From: a virus
Lineage: Duplodnaviria; Caudoviricetes
IMG/VR virus record: IMGVR_UViG_3300044612_000089
Span: 1-34,473 of that record
Direction: 5' to 3' (one strand)
Length of the DNA: 34,473 bases
Shown here: piece after piece, positions 32,431 through 34,473 of the stretch
How the letters are laid out: each line of letters begins with the position of its first letter
Position numbering within the stretch: the first letter of the stretch is position 1
Notes under the pieces: model-generated
Seen by the model: only the letters and a program-made list of their open reading frames with translations
Told to the model about the DNA's origin: nothing
The model's database searches: none
Translations under genes and position numbers: made by a program

Positions 32431-34267
32431 ACTGATTCTGTATTCCTGAAATTACATCGTTAATGGTAAGTGCTTGGCTAGGCATCACATCTCTACCCGT
32501 TCCCAAGATGCTCATCAGTCTGTCGTAACTCATGTTTGTGGGTTGGTTAAACTGTACTGGTGCAGGAACTTTGCCATAGTTAGGGTCTAGGAACTTCTCC
32601 CATTGAGTGCCACGCAATAACTCACGGCTACCAAAGTCAATTGGTGTTAATGGAGTGAATGGTTTAGAACCTATAGGTTTAATTGGGCTTGTCCAATCGC
32701 TAGGTATAGGTACTATTGGGAATCCTGTTTCGCCATTTTGACTAGCACCTAATACAGTTGTAGCCAACAAACCAAGACGAGCCAACTCAGCCAACTCAGC
32801 GGCTGTCCAACTTTTCTCTTTCTCTTTCTCTGGCTCTGTTTTAACAGGCTCAGTAGGAACACTTGTAGGTGCTGTTGGAGACATGACAAGAGGAATAGAT
32901 GGCGGTTCTTCTTGTGGCTTCTCTGCTGGTGTACTAATCACCAATTGAGGAGGCGCAGAAGATACAGCACTAATAACGTCTGATATTGTTGTTGGTTTTT
33001 CTGGTTCAGCAGTAATCTTGAGATTCTCAAGAGGCTGAGTTACATTAGTTTGTAATGCAGTATTGACAGCGTTTATAACATTTGGTGCTACTGGTTCTGC
33101 TGGCCTTTGTGTTGTTATTTCAACAGGTGCTGGTTGAACAACAGGTGTAACAGTTGGTTGTTGAGCAATAGCACTAATTACGTCAGTAATGTTTGGGGCT
33201 ACAGCAGGAGCAGAAATTTGGATAGTTTCAAGAGGCGCACTTGGCGTGACTCCTGTAAAAAGCGTTGGCTCAACAACAGGGGTAACTATTTGATCTATAG
33301 CTGGTGCAGAAACAGGTGCAGGTTGCGAGGCAATAATATTAGTAGCATCTTTTAATGCAGACGAAATAACTTCTGGCTTATATCCAGCAATCTCTAGTTG
33401 GTTGTTAATTTCTGCAATGCTAAGTCCAGAATCAGCCATATCAATGGCAGCATCAGAAGCAGCAGTTATTTCAGCAGAAGATGCACCACTCATATACCCT
33501 GACAAAGCACCACCAGCACCACCAAGCAAAGCACCTTTGGCAATATCTTGGTCAGTCAGGGCAGCAGTACCACCACCAATCAATGCGCCACCCAAAGCAC
33601 CAGCAGCCACTTGATTAGCACCTGCTCCTAGCAAAGTATTGCCTAGCATACTAGGCGCACCCATAGCCGCTAAAGCTAGTGAAGCAATAGGAACTACAGC
33701 TTTTGCAATCGGGTCAGCACTTGATGCGCCCTGAGTGTAGAAAATTGGCTGTCCTTGAGCATCAAACTGAACACCATATCCAGTATTGCCCTTACCCTCG
33801 TAAGTTCCACCAAAGAACTCACCTGTTTGTCGTGTTGTGTAGGTGTTAGGTACTGCTTGACCAGTTACCTTGTTGCCATAGGTTTGCTCAGTTACAGTTT
33901 GATAAATTGGGTCACCCCAATCCTCGTAACCAACTATCTTTTGAACTTCTTGAGTTATAGGGCCAAACTGACTAATATCTGTGATTCCTGTTTCAGCAAG
34001 AATACGAGCCATGTCCTTAGTAGCAGCATCAGCACCATAACCACCTGTCCATTGAGAGGTGTTGCTTCTGGCTTTGATCTGACCAACTAGGTTGTTAATG
34101 ATTGTGTTTTTATCTGGTTGTGCAGGAGCAGCAGCTTGCTGAATCTGTGGTTGTTGAATCTGTGGTTGCTCAATCTGTGGTTGCTGAATTTGCATAAGCA
34201 AGTCATCAAGAGACATAGCACCATCTTCATAGTTGAACGCTCTAAATCTGTCTCTTTGTGTTGCCAT
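32387..34267 (-). CDS. Large Pro/Thr-rich protein with Gly-zipper hydrophobic segment (putative internal/ejected virion protein)
   Basis: 626-aa ORF 2 nt after the portal stop; QQPQI repeats, GALGGALIGGG..GALLGGAGGALSG, long PTV-rich linker. Confidence 0.7.
   Translation of the reverse strand: MATQRDRFRAFNYEDGAMSLDDLLMQIQQPQIEQPQIQQPQIQQAAAPAQPDKNTIINNLVGQIKARSNTSQWTGGYGADAATKDMARILAETGITDISQFGPITQEVQKIVGYEDWGDPIYQTVTEQTYGNKVTGQAVPNTYTTRQTGEFFGGTYEGKGNTGYGVQFDAQGQPIFYTQGASSADPIAKAVVPIASLALAAMGAPSMLGNTLLGAGANQVAAGALGGALIGGGTAALTDQDIAKGALLGGAGGALSGYMSGASSAEITAASDAAIDMADSGLSIAEINNQLEIAGYKPEVISSALKDATNIIASQPAPVSAPAIDQIVTPVVEPTLFTGVTPSAPLETIQISAPAVAPNITDVISAIAQQPTVTPVVQPAPVEITTQRPAEPVAPNVINAVNTALQTNVTQPLENLKITAEPEKPTTISDVISAVSSAPPQLVISTPAEKPQEEPPSIPLVMSPTAPTSVPTEPVKTEPEKEKEKSWTAAELAELARLGLLATTVLGASQNGETGFPIVPIPSDWTSPIKPIGSKPFTPLTPIDFGSRELLRGTQWEKFLDPNYGKVPAPVQFNQPTNMSYDRLMSILGTGRDVMPSQALTINDVISGIQNQYGQTTNSAMGQKPT
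34141..34188. repeat. 15-bp tandem repeat x3 (encodes QQPQI)
   Basis: gaatctgtggttgtt / gaatctgtggttgct / caatctgtggttgct. Confidence 0.85.
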
Positions 34268-34269
34268 GA

Positions 34270-34473
34270 TTAACCTTTGATCTCGACATTAGAAGTGATA
34301 CCAGCACCGACCTTCATAGCTTTCAATTGAGCCTCAACCTCAAACTCTTGTTGCTTCATAGCAAAGTAAGCCTGTTGTTTCTCACGCTCAAGCATCAACT
34401 TAGCAGCCTCTTTCTCACGCATTAACTGCATCTCAAGGCTTGCCTTTTGTTGAGCCATCTGCATATCAATTTG
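34270..34473 (-). CDS. Portal protein, 3' end (continuation of 1..2056)
   Basis: Same frame as the portal across the 127-bp overlap; ends ...GAGITSNVEIKG*. Confidence 0.9.
   Translation of the reverse strand, partial: QIDMQMAQQKASLEMQLMREKEAAKLMLEREKQQAYFAMKQQEFEVEAQLKAMKVGAGITSNVEIKG
34347..34473. repeat. Terminal direct repeat, right copy
   Basis: Identical to 1-127. Confidence 0.95.

Noticed and set aside
34270-34464. Stand-alone 64-aa ORF
   Set aside because: It is the portal C-terminus across the circular join.
1-34473. Alternative genetic code or stop-codon reassignment
   Set aside because: Genes tile densely under the standard code, with TAA, TGA and TAG all used as stops.

Overview
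The window is an apparently complete, circularly permuted ~34.3 kb tailed-phage genome. Bases 1-127 are identical to 34347-34473, giving a unit length of 34,346 bp, and the portal gene runs across the join. The architecture is podovirus-like: TerS/TerL, portal, scaffold, major capsid, adaptor/nozzle-type tail proteins, three ejection-type proteins, and a tail fibre with a C-terminal S74 chaperone; no tape-measure or sheath gene was found. Lysis genes are a holin, a GH19 endolysin and an Rz with embedded Rz1, which implies a Gram-negative host; a freshwater betaproteobacterium is a guess only. The early region is lambdoid-like (Cro-like protein, O-like initiator, ERF, SSB) but I found no CI or integrase. 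The most interesting content is a stack of probable anti-defence and DNA-modification functions: (i) a TGT/DpdA-like transglycosylase translationally coupled to a YhhQ/VUT-family preQ0/preQ1 transporter, with no Que biosynthesis genes; (ii) a C5-cytosine methyltransferase split into two subunits overprinted in two frames of the same 750 bp, with a G10 tract; (iii) a PAPS-reductase/PP-loop protein; (iv) a polyvalent zincin + ADP-ribosyltransferase-like protein; and (v) an apparent complete absence of CCGG. There are also repeated promoter/operator/leader-hairpin elements and a three-way-junction RNA candidate upstream of the initiator. All family calls come from motif recognition by eye; no database searches were run.
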